In this document: in pieces, positions 63,860 through 64,000 of the stretch
How the letters are laid out: each line of letters begins with the position of its first letter
Numbering within the stretch: the first letter of the stretch is position 1
NCBI GenBank assembly: GCA_002633005.1
Contig: NMRA01000621.1
Coordinates: forward strand, 136,288 to 200,287
DNA from: Phoronis australis
Lineage: Eukaryota; Animalia; Phoronida
DNA: 64,000 bases
Reading direction: 5' to 3'
Position numbers and translations under genes: made by a program
Notes under the pieces: generated by a model
What the model was told of the DNA's origin: nothing
The model's input: the letters and a program-made list of their open reading frames with translations, nothing else
The model's database searches: none

Positions 63860-64000
63860 CTTCCATAGTCGCGCCCACCATGATTTCATAATGGTCAATA
63901 CCACTGTCTGGGTCCCTAAACGTGTAATCCCAGCGAGCATAAACTGCAGTAGCTACCGATGTATAATCAATGTCCACCATTTCTAACGTAGAAGTAGTGT
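63860..64000 (-). CDS. Upstream exon of the FN3-like repeat protein (runs off the window end)
   Basis: TTSTLEMVDIDYTSVATAVYARWDYTFRDPDSGIDHYEIMVGATME then G|GTGGGT, a phase-1 donor joining GC AAC GAA (GNEI). It has the DID...W...F.DP.SGI..Y repeat signature. Not in the ORF track. Confidence 0.85.

Overview
AT-rich invertebrate metazoan genomic window, probably lophotrochozoan judging by gene and repeat style (the species cannot be determined from sequence). It is a draft assembly with several N gaps. Three protein-coding loci lie on the minus strand. (1) A complete 3-exon Barx homeobox gene (4129->69, about 197 aa) with an eh1 motif and a GC-AG second intron. (2) The 3' part of an ARHGAP30/31/32/33 (CdGAP/RICS)-family RhoGAP gene (exons 26957->17967); its GAP-domain exons are not visible. 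(3) The 3' end of a large fibronectin-III-like repeat protein gene whose last two exons occur twice in tandem (62528->61414 and 53647->51050), with a frameshift in the second copy. The rest is intergenic or intronic DNA with LINE fragments, MITEs, Helitron/Helentron-type elements and many minisatellites. The most notable observations are the Barx-ARHGAP32-family adjacency (also seen at human BARX2-ARHGAP32), a Helentron-like element with 12 regularly spaced co-oriented CTCF-like motifs, the duplicated splice-compatible terminal exon cassette, and an array of GC-rich units in alternating orientation hinged on AT palindromes. No prokaryotic-type system (CRISPR, operon) is present.
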